Shown here piece by piece: positions 17,313-27,054 of a stretch of 59,124 bases of DNA. The stretch is from Acidimicrobiales bacterium. Lineage in GTDB: Bacteria; Actinomycetota; Acidimicrobiia; Acidimicrobiales; UBA8190. Made by a program: the position numbers and the translations under genes. The stretch spans positions 1-59,124 of the forward strand of contig DATGKD010000259.1 of NCBI GenBank assembly GCA_035294855.1. Direction: 5' to 3'. Under the pieces are notes generated by a model. It saw only the letters and a program-made list of their open reading frames with translations, had not been told where the DNA came from and made no database searches. Every line of letters begins with the position of its first letter. Within the stretch, counting starts at the first letter, position 1.

Positions 17313-18299
17313 ATGGGCCAGAAGGTCAACCCGTACGGGTTTCGCCTCGGCGTGACCACGGACTGGAAGTCACGGTGGTTCGAGGAGCGCAACTACCAGG
17401 AGTTCGTCGTCGAGGACTGGAAGATCCGCGACTACCTCATGTCGCAACTCGAGTCCGCGGCCGTCAGCCGGATCGAGATCGAGCGCACACGAGACCGACT
17501 GCGCGTGGACATCCACACCGCGAGACCCGGGATCGTGATCGGGAGGAGGGGCTCGGAGGCGGACCGCCTGAAGAAGAAGCTCGAGGACATCACCGGCCTG
17601 CGAAACCGCATCCAGCTGAACATCCAGGAGATCAAGCAGCCCGAGTTGGACGCGGCGCTCATCGCCCAGAGCATCGCCGACCAGCTGGCCCGCCGGGTGG
17701 CGTTCAGGCGGGCCATGAAGCGGGCCATCCAGACGGTGACCAAGGCGGGCGCCCTCGGGGTGCGCGTGCAGTGTGCCGGTCGCCTCGGAGGTTCCGAGAT
17801 GGCGCGACGCGAGGGATACCGCGAGGGCCGCGTTCCGTTGCACACCTTGCGCGCCGACATCGACTACGGCTTCCGTGAAGCGCGCACCACATTCGGTCGG
17901 ATCGGCGTGAAGACGTGGATCTACAAGGGGGACATCCTCCCGTACCGCCTGTCGTCGGAGGACAAGATCTCGCGCGAAGCAGCCATGGCCGCGGGCGAGA
18001 CGTCAGGTCAGTCCGTGCCACGGCGCCTCATCACCGCCGGGGGAGGACGCCGGCGCGCCGAGCAGGGGGAGCCGGGCAGCGTCATCCCCACCCCGGACGC
18101 CGCAGAAGCAGAGCCGGCCGAGGCGGGCGCGGTTGCAGAGGGCGCAGAGGAAGTCGCCGCCGCCCCGCTGCCCGGAGGGGCACCGCCGCCCGGTGAAGCG
18201 GACGACTTCGAACGCCTGCTCGCCGAGGAGGAGGAGATCGAGCGCCGGACCCGCACCGAGCATCACGAGACGCCGCACTTCCGCAAGGAGGCCGACTGA
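17313..18299 (+). CDS. rpsC: 30S ribosomal protein uS3 with an acidic C-terminal extension
   Basis: '[13 protein letters not shown]' and KH-domain core. 328 aa. Confidence 0.95.
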   Translation: MGQKVNPYGFRLGVTTDWKSRWFEERNYQEFVVEDWKIRDYLMSQLESAAVSRIEIERTRDRLRVDIHTARPGIVIGRRGSEADRLKKKLEDITGLRNRIQLNIQEIKQPELDAALIAQSIADQLARRVAFRRAMKRAIQTVTKAGALGVRVQCAGRLGGSEMARREGYREGRVPLHTLRADIDYGFREARTTFGRIGVKTWIYKGDILPYRLSSEDKISREAAMAAGETSGQSVPRRLITAGGGRRRAEQGEPGSVIPTPDAAEAEPAEAGAVAEGAEEVAAAPLPGGAPPPGEADDFERLLAEEEEIERRTRTEHHETPHFRKEAD

Positions 18300-18736
18300 T
18301 GCTGATGCCCCGCAAGGTGAAGCATCGCAAGCAGCAGCGTGGCCGCCTGTCGGGCCACGCCAAGGGCGGCACCACCATCACTTTCGGCGACTTCGGCATC
18401 CAGGCGCTCGAGCCCGGCTGGCTCACGCAGCGGCAGATCGAGGCTGCCCGAATCGCCATGACCCGCCACGTCAAGCGGGGCGGGAAGGTGTGGATCCGTG
18501 TCTTCCCGGACAAACCCGTCACGCAGAAGCCGGCCGAGACGCGTATGGGGTCGGGCAAGGGCAATCCTGAGCACTGGGTGGCGGTGGTCCGGCCCGGCCG
18601 TGTGTTGTTCGAGCTGGCCGGGGTGGACCACGAGCTGGCGCACGCCGCCATCGACCGCGCCATCCAGAAGCTCCCCTTCAAAGCGCGTTTCATGGTGCGC
18701 CCGGGTTCGCACGGCGCGCCCGAGGTGGAGGTCTGA
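18299..18736 (+). CDS. rplP: 50S ribosomal protein uL16
   Basis: '[15 protein letters not shown]'. 1-nt overlap with the rpsC stop. Confidence 0.97.
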   Translation: MLMPRKVKHRKQQRGRLSGHAKGGTTITFGDFGIQALEPGWLTQRQIEAARIAMTRHVKRGGKVWIRVFPDKPVTQKPAETRMGSGKGNPEHWVAVVRPGRVLFELAGVDHELAHAAIDRAIQKLPFKARFMVRPGSHGAPEVEV

Positions 18737-18738
18737 GG

Positions 18739-19185
18739 ATGCCGAGCGCTTCGGAGCTGCGCGAGCTCGACGACAACGAGCTCGACGGGCGCCTCGTCGA
18801 GTACCGCCGAGAGCTGCTCAACCTCCGGTTCCAGCTGGGGACCGGACAGCTCGACAACGTGACGCGCGTGTCCGAAGTCCGGCGCGACATCGCGCGGGTC
18901 CTGACGGTCCTGCGCGACCGGGAGATCGCGGTGGCCGAGGGACGTGACGCCGGCCCGGTGTTCGCCACCCGGCCGCTTCGCCGTCCACGTGCCGAGCGCG
19001 AGGAGAGCGAGGAGGACGCCGAGCGCACCCCGCGGCCCGCACGGTCGCGGCGCAGGACGGCGGCTGGCGCCACCGAGGGCGAGGAGGTCGAGCCCGTCGG
19101 CACCGACACGGTGAGCGAAGCCGATGCCGTGCCTGCCGACAATGAGGCCGCGGACGACGTCGTCGGCGACGAGGAGGAGTCATGA
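18739..19185 (+). CDS. rpmC: 50S ribosomal protein uL29 with a ~80-aa C-terminal extension
   Basis: '[27 protein letters not shown]'. 148 aa. Confidence 0.9.
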   Translation: MPSASELRELDDNELDGRLVEYRRELLNLRFQLGTGQLDNVTRVSEVRRDIARVLTVLRDREIAVAEGRDAGPVFATRPLRRPRAEREESEEDAERTPRPARSRRRTAAGATEGEEVEPVGTDTVSEADAVPADNEAADDVVGDEEES

Positions 19186-19484
19186 CGGCAGACGAGCGCG
19201 CAGAGGCGACCGACGTGGGCGAAGAGCAGGCGGCGCGCGGGAGCCGGAAGGTGCGCGAAGGGCTCGTGGTGTCCGACAAGATGCAGGCGACGGTGGTCGT
19301 CTCCGTCGTCGAGCGCGTCCGCCACACCCGGTACGGCAAGACGGTGCAGCGCACCCGCAAGCTGTACGCGCACGACGGGGGCCTCGAAGCGAGGCTCGGC
19401 GACCGCGTGCGGGTCATGGAGACGAGGCCCCTCTCCAAGCTGAAGCGCTGGCGCGTCACCGAAGTCTTGGAGCGCGCTCGGTGA
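19182..19484 (+). CDS. rpsQ: 30S ribosomal protein uS17
   Basis: '[20 protein letters not shown]...RTRKLYAHD'. ATGA overlap with rpmC. Confidence 0.93.
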   Translation: MTADERAEATDVGEEQAARGSRKVREGLVVSDKMQATVVVSVVERVRHTRYGKTVQRTRKLYAHDGGLEARLGDRVRVMETRPLSKLKRWRVTEVLERAR

Positions 19485-19849
19485 TCCAGCAGGAATCGCG
19501 GCTGAAGGTGGCCGACAACTCCGGAGCCCGCGAGGTGCTCTGCATCAAGGTCCTCGGAGGGTCGCGGCGACGCTACGCCGGCATCGGCGACGTCTTCGTG
19601 GCGACCGTCAAGGACGCCATCCCCGGGGCCCAGGTGAAGAAGGGTGAGGTCGTCCGGTGCGTGGTGGTGCGGACGGCCAAGGAGACGAGGCGGGCGGACG
19701 GCAGCTACATCCGGTTCGATGAGAACGCGGCGGTGCTGATCAACGAACAACAGCAGCCGCGCGGGACCCGCATCTTCGGGCCCGTGGGTCGTGAGTTGCG
19801 CGACAAACGCTTCATGCGGATCGTGTCGCTCGCTCCGGAGGTGTTGTGA
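19481..19849 (+). CDS. rplN: 50S ribosomal protein uL14
   Basis: '[18 protein letters not shown]'. GTGA overlap with the rpsQ stop. 122 aa. Confidence 0.97.
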   Translation: MIQQESRLKVADNSGAREVLCIKVLGGSRRRYAGIGDVFVATVKDAIPGAQVKKGEVVRCVVVRTAKETRRADGSYIRFDENAAVLINEQQQPRGTRIFGPVGRELRDKRFMRIVSLAPEVL

Positions 19850-20157
19850 TGAACATTCGCAAGGGAGACACGGTGCAGGTCCTGTCAGGCAAGCACCGGG
19901 GCAAGCGCGGCCAGGTGATGGTGGCATTCCCCAAGGAGGGCAAGGTCATCGTGGACGGGGCCAACCTCGCCAAGCGGCACACCAAGCCCCGGGGCGCCAC
20001 CATGCAGGGCGGCATCATCGACAAGGACATGCCGCTTCCGGTCTCGGCGGTGGCCATCGTGTGCCCCGCGTGCGGGCCCACGCGCATCGGGCACCGGATC
20101 GACGAGGCGGGCCGGAAGGTGCGCGTCTGCCGCAAGTGCGGGACCGACCTGTCATGA
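19849..20157 (+). CDS. rplX: 50S ribosomal protein bL24 (carries CxxC...CxxC in the C-terminal hairpin)
   Basis: '[21 protein letters not shown]' KOW motif. ATG 19849 overlaps the rplN stop by 1 nt (a GTG at 19846 is also possible). Contains 'VCPACG...VCRKCG'. Confidence 0.93.
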   Translation: MNIRKGDTVQVLSGKHRGKRGQVMVAFPKEGKVIVDGANLAKRHTKPRGATMQGGIIDKDMPLPVSAVAIVCPACGPTRIGHRIDEAGRKVRVCRKCGTDLS

Positions 20158-20726
20158 CCGTCGCCCCGGCACGTGCTCGTCCCCGGCTGAAGGAGCGCTA
20201 CGTCGCCACCGTGCGCGCCGAGCTCCAACAGCGGCTGGGCCTCTCCAACCCGATGGAGGTCCCGCGGCTCGAGAAGGTCGTCATCAACATGGGAGTCGGC
20301 CGGGCCACCCAGCAGCCCTCGCTCGTCGAGGGGGCGGTGCGGGACCTCGAGGTCATCGCCGGCCAGAAGCCGGTGGTGACCAAGGCGCGCCGTTCGATCG
20401 CAGGGTTCAAGCTGCGCGAAGGGATGTCGATCGGGGCCAAGGTGACGTTGCGCGGAGACCGGGCGTGGGAGTTCCTCGACCGACTCATCGCGCTGGCGAT
20501 CCCCCGCATCCGCGACTTCCGGGGTTTGTCGCCCACGTCGTTCGACGGCCGCGGGAATTACACCTTCGGGGTCACCGAACAGCTGATCTTCCCGGAGATC
20601 GACTACGACCGCGTCGACACCACCCGCGGCATGGACATCACGATCTGCACCACAGCACGAAACGACGCCGAGGGCCGTGCGTTGCTCGACGCGTTCGGAT
20701 TCCCCTTCAGGCAGGAGAACACCTGA
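20154..20726 (+). CDS. rplE: 50S ribosomal protein uL5
   Basis: 'RLKERY...[14 protein letters not shown]'. ATGA overlap with rplX. 190 aa. Confidence 0.96.
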   Translation: MTVAPARARPRLKERYVATVRAELQQRLGLSNPMEVPRLEKVVINMGVGRATQQPSLVEGAVRDLEVIAGQKPVVTKARRSIAGFKLREGMSIGAKVTLRGDRAWEFLDRLIALAIPRIRDFRGLSPTSFDGRGNYTFGVTEQLIFPEIDYDRVDTTRGMDITICTTARNDAEGRALLDAFGFPFRQENT

Positions 20727-20729
20727 CAC

Positions 20730-20915
20730 ATGGCGAAGAAGGCACTCATCGAGAAGCAGCAGCGGACTCCGAAGTTCAAGGTGCGGGCGTACACCCGGTG
20801 CCGTCGGTGTGGGCGTCCCCGCGCCGTGTTCCGGAAATTCGGCCTGTGTCGGATCTGCCTGCGGGTGATGGTGCACGCCGGGGAGATCCCGGGCGTCACC
20901 AAGGCCAGTTGGTGA
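20730..20915 (+). CDS. rpsN: 30S ribosomal protein uS14, type Z (zinc-ribbon form)
   Basis: 61 aa, '[20 protein letters not shown]'. Confidence 0.95.
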   Translation: MAKKALIEKQQRTPKFKVRAYTRCRRCGRPRAVFRKFGLCRICLRVMVHAGEIPGVTKASW

Positions 20916-20931
20916 GGGGAGGGAGGCGCAC

Positions 20932-21336
20932 GTGACGATGACCGACCCCATCGCCGACATGCTCACGCGTATCCGTAACGCCAACACGGCCATGCACGAT
21001 TCCGTCACGATGCCGAGCTCCAAGCTGAAGGTGTCCCTGGCGGATCTGCTCGAGCGCGAGGGTTACATCGCCGGCTTCGGTGTCGGCCCGTCGCGCAAGG
21101 GGCCCGGCAAGGTGCTCGAGATCCAGCTCAAGTACGCGTCCGACCGGACGCGTACGATCGCCGGCCTCCGCCGCGTGTCGCGCCCCGGCCTCCGCATCTA
21201 CGCCCGGGCGGACAAGATGCCGCGCGTCCTCGGCGGCATGGGGGTGGCGGTACTGTCGACCAGTCACGGCCTCATGACCGACCGCGAGGCGCGCCAGCGC
21301 CGTGTCGGGGGGGAGGTCCTCTGTTATGTCTGGTGA
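20932..21336 (+). CDS. rpsH: 30S ribosomal protein uS8
   Basis: '[17 protein letters not shown]'. Confidence 0.97.
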   Translation: MTMTDPIADMLTRIRNANTAMHDSVTMPSSKLKVSLADLLEREGYIAGFGVGPSRKGPGKVLEIQLKYASDRTRTIAGLRRVSRPGLRIYARADKMPRVLGGMGVAVLSTSHGLMTDREARQRRVGGEVLCYVW

Positions 21337-21348
21337 GGAGGGTTCCTG

Positions 21349-21888
21349 ATGTCGCGCGTCGGACGCACGCCCATCCCCGTTCCGGGGGGTGTGACGGTGA
21401 CCCTCGACGCCCGGTCGGTGACCGTGTCGGGTCCCCAGGGCGAGCTGTCACGCCCGCTGCCGGGGGCGATCACGGTCCGCCAGGAGGATGCCGCGCTGCT
21501 CGTGGAGCGACCCGACGACGAGCGGCAGAACCGCGCGCTGCACGGTCTCACCCGTTCCCTGGTGGCGAACATGGTCACCGGGGTGACCGCGGGGTTCTCC
21601 AAGGAGCTCGAGATCGTCGGGGTCGGGTACCGGGCCGTGGCCCGCGGCAACTCGACCATCGAGCTCGCCCTCGGGTTCTCGCACCCGATCGTCGTCGACG
21701 CCCCCGAGGGTGTGAGCTTCGAGGTCCCCGTCCCCACCCGCATCGTGGTGCGGGGAATCGACAAGGAGAAGGTCGGGCAGGTCGCGGCCGACATCCGCAA
21801 GCTGCGCAAGCCCGAGCCCTACAAGGGCAAGGGCATCCGCTACGCGGGCGAGCACGTCATCCGCAAGGCCGGCAAGGCGGCCAAGTGA
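21349..21888 (+). CDS. rplF: 50S ribosomal protein uL6
   Basis: '[17 protein letters not shown]' and '[10 protein letters not shown]'. Confidence 0.97.
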   Translation: MSRVGRTPIPVPGGVTVTLDARSVTVSGPQGELSRPLPGAITVRQEDAALLVERPDDERQNRALHGLTRSLVANMVTGVTAGFSKELEIVGVGYRAVARGNSTIELALGFSHPIVVDAPEGVSFEVPVPTRIVVRGIDKEKVGQVAADIRKLRKPEPYKGKGIRYAGEHVIRKAGKAAK

Positions 21889-22253
21889 GCACGACCGCCT
21901 CGACCCGGAAGCGCACCCTGCGCTTGCGACGCCACGCGCGGGTGCGCAAGCACATCGCGGGCACCGCGACTCGTCCCCGCCTGGCGGTGTTCCGCTCCGC
22001 GCGCCACATCTCGGCGCAGGTCATCGACGACGCCACTGGCCGGACGTTGGCTTCGGCGAGCACGGTCGAGGCCTCGCTGCGTAGCGCGTCGGGCGGCAAC
22101 GTGGCGGCGGCGACGAACGTCGGCCGGCTCGTGGCCGAGCGCGCCACCGCTGCCGGGGTGTCCGCCGTGGTGTTCGACCGCGGGGGTTACCGCTATCACG
22201 GCCGCGTGGCCGCGCTGGCCGACGCGGCCCGCAAGGCCGGACTGGAGTTCTGA
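21885..22253 (+). CDS. rplR: 50S ribosomal protein uL18
   Basis: '[20 protein letters not shown]...[12 protein letters not shown]'. GTGA overlap with rplF. Confidence 0.95.
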   Translation: MSTTASTRKRTLRLRRHARVRKHIAGTATRPRLAVFRSARHISAQVIDDATGRTLASASTVEASLRSASGGNVAAATNVGRLVAERATAAGVSAVVFDRGGYRYHGRVAALADAARKAGLEF

Positions 22254-22804
22254 TGCTGGACGGGCAATTCGAAGAGCGGACCATCCGCGTGAACCGGGTG
22301 GCCAAGGTGGTGCAGGGGGGCCGCCGGTTCTCGTTCACGGCGCTCATGGTGGTGGGCGACGGCAACGGCCGGGTCGGCCTCGGCTACGGCAAGGCCAAGG
22401 AAGCGGGCCTGGCGGTGCAAAAGGGCATCGAAGAGGCGCGCAAGTCGATGTTCGACGTCCCGCTCGCGGGCTCCACCATCACCCACCCCGTGACGGGCGT
22501 CTCGGGCGCCGGGCGTGTCCTGCTCAAGCCGGCGTCGCCCGGGACGGGCGTCATCGCCGGCGGAGCGGCCCGGGCGATCCTCGAGATGGCCGGCATCCAC
22601 GACATCCTCTGCAAATCGCTGGGGTCGTCGAACGGCATCAACGTGGCGCACGCCACGATCGCGGGCCTGAAGGCACTCATGCGGCCCGAGGAAGTGGCGC
22701 GCCTCCGCGGCAAGCCCGCCGACGAGCTCGTCCCGAAGGGCGTGCTGCGGGCCTACCGCGAGCGCCAGCGCGCGTCCGACCTGTTCCAGGAGATCGAGCA
22801 ATGA
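22253..22804 (+). CDS. rpsE: 30S ribosomal protein uS5
   Basis: '[37 protein letters not shown]'. Confidence 0.97.
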   Translation: MLDGQFEERTIRVNRVAKVVQGGRRFSFTALMVVGDGNGRVGLGYGKAKEAGLAVQKGIEEARKSMFDVPLAGSTITHPVTGVSGAGRVLLKPASPGTGVIAGGAARAILEMAGIHDILCKSLGSSNGINVAHATIAGLKALMRPEEVARLRGKPADELVPKGVLRAYRERQRASDLFQEIEQ

Positions 22805-23112
22805 GCCCCGCGACGCGGCCAGACGGCGACGAGGGATCCGGCCACCTCCGGGTGACCCAGGTGCGCTCGGCCATCACCACCAAACCGAAGCACCGCGGCA
22901 CGCTGCGGGCCCTCGGACTGCGCGGCGTGGGCCGCAGCCGTGTCCTGCCCGACCGCCCGGAGGTACGCGGCATGCTGGCGCGCGTCCCGCACCTGGTGCA
23001 GGTGATACCCGCCGACGAGGCCGAGGCGGCGCTCCAGCGACAGCGCTCCGATGCGGCGCGCCGGGCGCGGCGAGCCGGCCAAGGACAGAACGACGCGGAG
23101 GGTTCCTCGTGA
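22801..23112 (+). CDS. rpmD: 50S ribosomal protein uL30 with N- and C-terminal extensions
   Basis: '[27 protein letters not shown]'. 103 aa. ATGA overlap with rpsE. Confidence 0.9.
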   Translation: MSPATRPDGDEGSGHLRVTQVRSAITTKPKHRGTLRALGLRGVGRSRVLPDRPEVRGMLARVPHLVQVIPADEAEAALQRQRSDAARRARRAGQGQNDAEGSS

Positions 23113-23597
23113 AGCTGCACGACTTGAAGCCGCCCGCCGGTGCCAACCGGGCGAAGCGCAGGGTCGGACGCGGGACCGGGGGCAAAGGCGGCAAGACCGC
23201 CGGACGCGGCACGAAGGGGACCGGCGCGCGCGACACGGTGAAGCCCGGCTTCGAAGGGGGCCAGCTCCCCTTGGCCCAGCGTGTCCCCAAGTTGAAGGGC
23301 TTCCGGAACCCGTTCCGCGTGTCGTACGCGGTCGTGAACCTCGACACCCTCGACGCGTTCGACGGCGACGAGGCGACGCCCGCCACGTTGGCGGCGGCCG
23401 GCCGCGTCCGCAAGGGCGCCCTGGTCAAGGTGCTCGGCCGGGGAGAATTGCACCGCGCCGTGCAGGTGAAGGCGCACGCCGTGTCCGCGTCGGCCCGCAC
23501 CGCCATCGAGCACGCCGGCGGCCAGGTGGAGTTGCTGCCACCGCCGTTCGGCCACGGGCGTCCCCCCGCGCGGGGAAACGCGCTCACCAACCGCTAG
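23109..23597 (+). CDS. rplO: 50S ribosomal protein uL15
   Basis: 'GRGTGGKGGKTAGRGTKG'. GTGA overlap with rpmD. Confidence 0.95.
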   Translation: MKLHDLKPPAGANRAKRRVGRGTGGKGGKTAGRGTKGTGARDTVKPGFEGGQLPLAQRVPKLKGFRNPFRVSYAVVNLDTLDAFDGDEATPATLAAAGRVRKGALVKVLGRGELHRAVQVKAHAVSASARTAIEHAGGQVELLPPPFGHGRPPARGNALTNR

Positions 23598-23639
23598 CCT
23601 CGTACCCCCGGCCGTCGCGCGCAACGAGGAGGACAGGCG

Positions 23640-24929
23640 TTGCTGTCGAGCCTGAAGAACATCTTCAAGGTCCCCGACCTGCGCAACAAGGTCATCTTCA
23701 CGCTGCTGGTGATCTCGCTGTACCAGCTGGGGGCGAACATCATCGTCCCCTACATCTCGATCTCCAAGGTCCAGCAGCTGGAAGCTCAGGCCAAGCAGGC
23801 CGGCATCCTCGGCTTCCTGAACCTCTTCTCGGGGGGCGGCCTCCTGCGCATGGCCGTGTTCGGGCTGGGGATCATGCCGTACATCACGAGCTCGATCATC
23901 ATCCAGCTGCTGTCGACGGTCATCCCGAAGCTGGAGGAGTGGCGGGACCAGGGAGCGGTGGGACAGAAGAAGCTGACCCAGACCACCCGCTACCTGACGG
24001 TCGGTCTCGCGCTGCTGCAGGCGTCAGGGCTCGTCTACGTGTTCCACACCGGCAGCGGCGCGCTCCTCGGCGGGAAGAACATCGACCTCATCCCCAACTT
24101 CACGCTCCCCAGGGCGGCATTCATCGTCTTGACGCTCACCGCGGGTACGGCGTTCGTCATGTGGCTGGGGGAGCTCATCACCCAACGGGGCATCGGCAAC
24201 GGGATGTCGATCCTCATCTTCGCCAACGTCACCGCGGGCATCCCCGCAGGCGGCACGGCGGTGCTCGATCAGGGGGGCAAGCTCAAGTTCGGGGTGATCC
24301 TGGCACTCACCCTGGTCCTGCTCGTGGTGGTGGTGTTCATGGAGCAGGGCCAGCGCCGCATCCCGGTCACCTTCGCCAAGCGGGTCGTCGGTCGGCGCAT
24401 GTACGGGGGATCGTCGACCTACATCCCGCTGAAGGTGAACCAGTCGGGCGTCATCCCCATCATCTTCGCCAACTCGCTGCTGTACATCCCGGTCCTGTTG
24501 GCGAACATCATCCCGTGGACGGGCTTCCGTACTTTCGTGAACAACCACATCACGCCGACGAGCCTCATGTACGTGGTGTCCTACGGGCTGCTCATCTTCG
24601 CGTTCACCTTCTTCTACGTCTACGTGGCCTTCGACCCGCATCAGCAGGCGGACATCATCCGCAAGCAGGGGGGCTACATCCCCGGGATCAGACCCGGCCC
24701 TTCGACGGAGCAGTACCTGTCGCGCATCTTGAACCGCATCACCGTCCCCGGGGGCCTGTACCTGGCCATCGTGGCCGTGCTGCCGTCGTTGCTCATGGCG
24801 CTGTGGAACATCCGCGGGTACCCCTTCTACGGCACGACGCTCCTCATTGCGGTAGGCGTGTCGCTCGAGACGATGCGACAGATCGACAGCCAGCTGATGA
24901 TGCGGAACTACGAGGGCTTCCTCAAGTAG
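23640..24929 (+). CDS. secY: Preprotein translocase subunit SecY
   Basis: 429-aa polytopic protein, 'LFSGGGLLRMAVFGLGIMPYITSSIIIQLL'. TTG start preceded by GAGGAGGA. Confidence 0.95.
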   Translation: MLSSLKNIFKVPDLRNKVIFTLLVISLYQLGANIIVPYISISKVQQLEAQAKQAGILGFLNLFSGGGLLRMAVFGLGIMPYITSSIIIQLLSTVIPKLEEWRDQGAVGQKKLTQTTRYLTVGLALLQASGLVYVFHTGSGALLGGKNIDLIPNFTLPRAAFIVLTLTAGTAFVMWLGELITQRGIGNGMSILIFANVTAGIPAGGTAVLDQGGKLKFGVILALTLVLLVVVVFMEQGQRRIPVTFAKRVVGRRMYGGSSTYIPLKVNQSGVIPIIFANSLLYIPVLLANIIPWTGFRTFVNNHITPTSLMYVVSYGLLIFAFTFFYVYVAFDPHQQADIIRKQGGYIPGIRPGPSTEQYLSRILNRITVPGGLYLAIVAVLPSLLMALWNIRGYPFYGTTLLIAVGVSLETMRQIDSQLMMRNYEGFLK

Positions 24930-24936
24930 GAAGACG

Positions 24937-25611
24937 GTGGTACCCGGCGTCAGGCTCGTGGTCCTCGGAAAGCAGGGGGCGGGCAAGGGAACCCAGTGCG
25001 TCCGACTGTCGCACCACTACGTGGTCCCGCACATCTCCACGGGGGACATGCTGCGCGCCGCGGTCAAGACAGGCTCGGCGCTCGGCGTCAAGGTGAAGGA
25101 GGCCATGGACTCCGGCGAGTTGCTGGGCGACGACATCATCATGGAGATGGTGGCCGAGCGGCTCGGCGAGCCCGACGCGCGGGCACGGGGGTTCATCCTG
25201 GACGGGTGCCCCCGCACCACCCGGCAGGCGGAGGCGCTGGCGGCGCTCATGGCACCGGGTTCGCTCGACATGACGGTCGACATCGAGGTTCCCACAGCCC
25301 AGGCCATGCGGCGGCTGGCGGGGCGACGGGTGTGCACGGACTGCGGCGCCAATTACTCGGTGTCCTCCCCGCCGAAGGTGAACTGGTTGTGTGACGTCTG
25401 CGGTGGCGAGGTGATCCAGCGCGAGGACGACACCGAGGACGCCATCCACCGCCGGCTCGAGCTGTACGAGCGCCAGACCGCGCCCCTCATCGACTGGTAC
25501 GCGGGGCGCAACCAGCTCGCCAAGGTGAACGGCGTCGGCTCGCCCGACGCCGTCCTGCGCCGGATCATCCGCGCCGTGGAAGAACGACGCCAGCGGGCGA
25601 GGGTCCGATGA
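24937..25611 (+). CDS. adk: Adenylate kinase (Cys4 zinc-lid type)
   Basis: P-loop 'LGKQGAGKGTQ'. Lid 'CTDCG...CDVCG'. Confidence 0.93.
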   Translation: MVPGVRLVVLGKQGAGKGTQCVRLSHHYVVPHISTGDMLRAAVKTGSALGVKVKEAMDSGELLGDDIIMEMVAERLGEPDARARGFILDGCPRTTRQAEALAALMAPGSLDMTVDIEVPTAQAMRRLAGRRVCTDCGANYSVSSPPKVNWLCDVCGGEVIQREDDTEDAIHRRLELYERQTAPLIDWYAGRNQLAKVNGVGSPDAVLRRIIRAVEERRQRARVR

Positions 25612-26348
25612 GGCGGTCCGCGGAGGAGATCGCCAAGATGCGCCAGGCCGGGCGCGTCGTGGCCGAGATGCACGAAGCCACCCGGAGAGCCGCCAAGCCC
25701 GGGGTGACGACGGCCGAGCTCGACGCCGTGGCCCGCGACGTGCTCGACCGCCGGGGGGCACGGTCGAACTTCCTCCACTACCGCGGCTACCCGGCGGTGA
25801 TCTGCACCTCGCCCAATGACGTCATCGTGCACGGCATCCCCGACGGCTACGTGCTGAAGGAGGGCGACATCCTGTCGATCGACTGCGGGGCGATCATCGA
25901 GGGCTACCACGGGGACGCTGCGTTCACCATGCCGATCGGCGAGGTGTCCGACGAGGCTTCCCGCCTGTTGGAGGCCACCGAGCGCAGCCTGTGGGCGGGG
26001 ATCGACCGGTTGCGCGACGGCGTCCGGCTCCACGAAGTGGGCCGGGCCGTCCAGCACGTCGCCGAGTCGGCGGGGTTCTCGGTCGTGCGGGAGTACGTCG
26101 GCCACGCCATCGGGACCGCCATGCACGAGGAGCCCCAGGTCCCCAACTACTGGCCGGGCACCGGCGGTCCGACGCTCAAGCCGGGCATGGTCTTCGCCGT
26201 GGAGCCGATGGTGAACGCCGGCACGGCGACCACCAGGCTCCTCGAGGACGGCTGGAGCGTGGTCACCGCGGACGGCAGCCTTTCCGCCCATTTCGAGCAC
26301 ACCATCGCCGTCACCGACAACGGCCCCGAGGTCCTGACCGTGCCATGA
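25608..26348 (+). CDS. map: Type I methionine aminopeptidase
   Basis: 'HGIPDGYVLKEGDILSIDCGA', 'GHAIGTAMHEEP', 'FEHTIAVT'. ATGA overlap with adk. Confidence 0.95.
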   Translation: MRRSAEEIAKMRQAGRVVAEMHEATRRAAKPGVTTAELDAVARDVLDRRGARSNFLHYRGYPAVICTSPNDVIVHGIPDGYVLKEGDILSIDCGAIIEGYHGDAAFTMPIGEVSDEASRLLEATERSLWAGIDRLRDGVRLHEVGRAVQHVAESAGFSVVREYVGHAIGTAMHEEPQVPNYWPGTGGPTLKPGMVFAVEPMVNAGTATTRLLEDGWSVVTADGSLSAHFEHTIAVTDNGPEVLTVP

Positions 26349-26615
26349 GCGGCGGGGCTCTGCGTCGGCCGTCGGTCCGCCGCCCGCCTGGCCGCCGTAC
26401 CCTGAGCCGGGCCCGATTTTCCCCGTGGTGAGGCCGGGGCATCGGCGCTATGCTGGCAGGTCGGCCCGCCAGGCGGGACGGGGTTCGGCTCCGTCCTGAC
26501 GAAGTTGGCCCACGGTCGATCCACCGCCCGTTCCCCGGCTCGCGGCCCGGTGCGGACGGTGCGCCCGGCCCGGCCGTCCGGCGTTGCCCAGTAGAGAAGA
26601 ACGAGGAGGAGTCAC

Positions 26616-26840
26616 CTGCCCAAGCCGAAAGAGGATGCCATCGTCCTCGAGGGGACGGTCATCGAGCCGCTCCCGAACGCAATGTTCCGGGTCGAACTCG
26701 AGAACGGGCACAAGGTGCTGGCGCACAGCTCGGGCAAGATGCGGATGCACCGGATCCGGATCCTCCCCGGCGACCGGGTGCAGGTCGAGATCACCCCGTA
26801 CGACCTGAGCCGGGGGCGCATCACCTACCGCTACAAGTAG
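26616..26840 (+). CDS. infA: Translation initiation factor IF-1, apparent non-canonical CTG start
   Basis: Not in the ORF track. The frame reads (L/M)[80 protein letters not shown] at 26605-26611 ends 4 nt before the CTG. The in-frame stop TAG at 26592 leaves no ATG/GTG/TTG upstream of the conserved N-terminus. Confidence 0.85.
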   Translation: MPKPKEDAIVLEGTVIEPLPNAMFRVELENGHKVLAHSSGKMRMHRIRILPGDRVQVEITPYDLSRGRITYRYK

Positions 26841-26941
26841 CGGGGCACCGGGCAGCGAGGAAGCGAAGCAGAGAAGCACCCAGAGCAAGAACAGAGCCCG
26901 AGAACAGAGACCGAGAACAGAGCGCAGAGAAGCGAAGGACA
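26839..26941 (+). repeat. T-free, A/G-rich infA-rpmJ spacer with three AGAACAGAG copies at 13-nt period
   Basis: Positions 26841-26940 contain A 38, G 37, C 25 and T 0. AGAACAGAG occurs at 26888, 26901 and 26914. CCGAGAACAGAG is a 12-nt direct repeat at 26898 and 26911. Confidence 0.9.
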
Positions 26942-27054
26942 TGAAGGTCAGGCCGAGCGTCAAGGCGATGTGCGAGAAGTGCAAGGTGATCCGCCGCGGC
27001 GGGCGGGTCATGGTCATCTGCGCCAATCCGCGCCACAAGCAGCGCCAGGGCTGA
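26941..27054 (+). CDS. rpmJ: 50S ribosomal protein bL36 (zinc-binding form)
   Basis: Not in the ORF track (37 aa): [37 protein letters not shown]. Confidence 0.93.
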   Translation: MKVRPSVKAMCEKCKVIRRGGRVMVICANPRHKQRQG

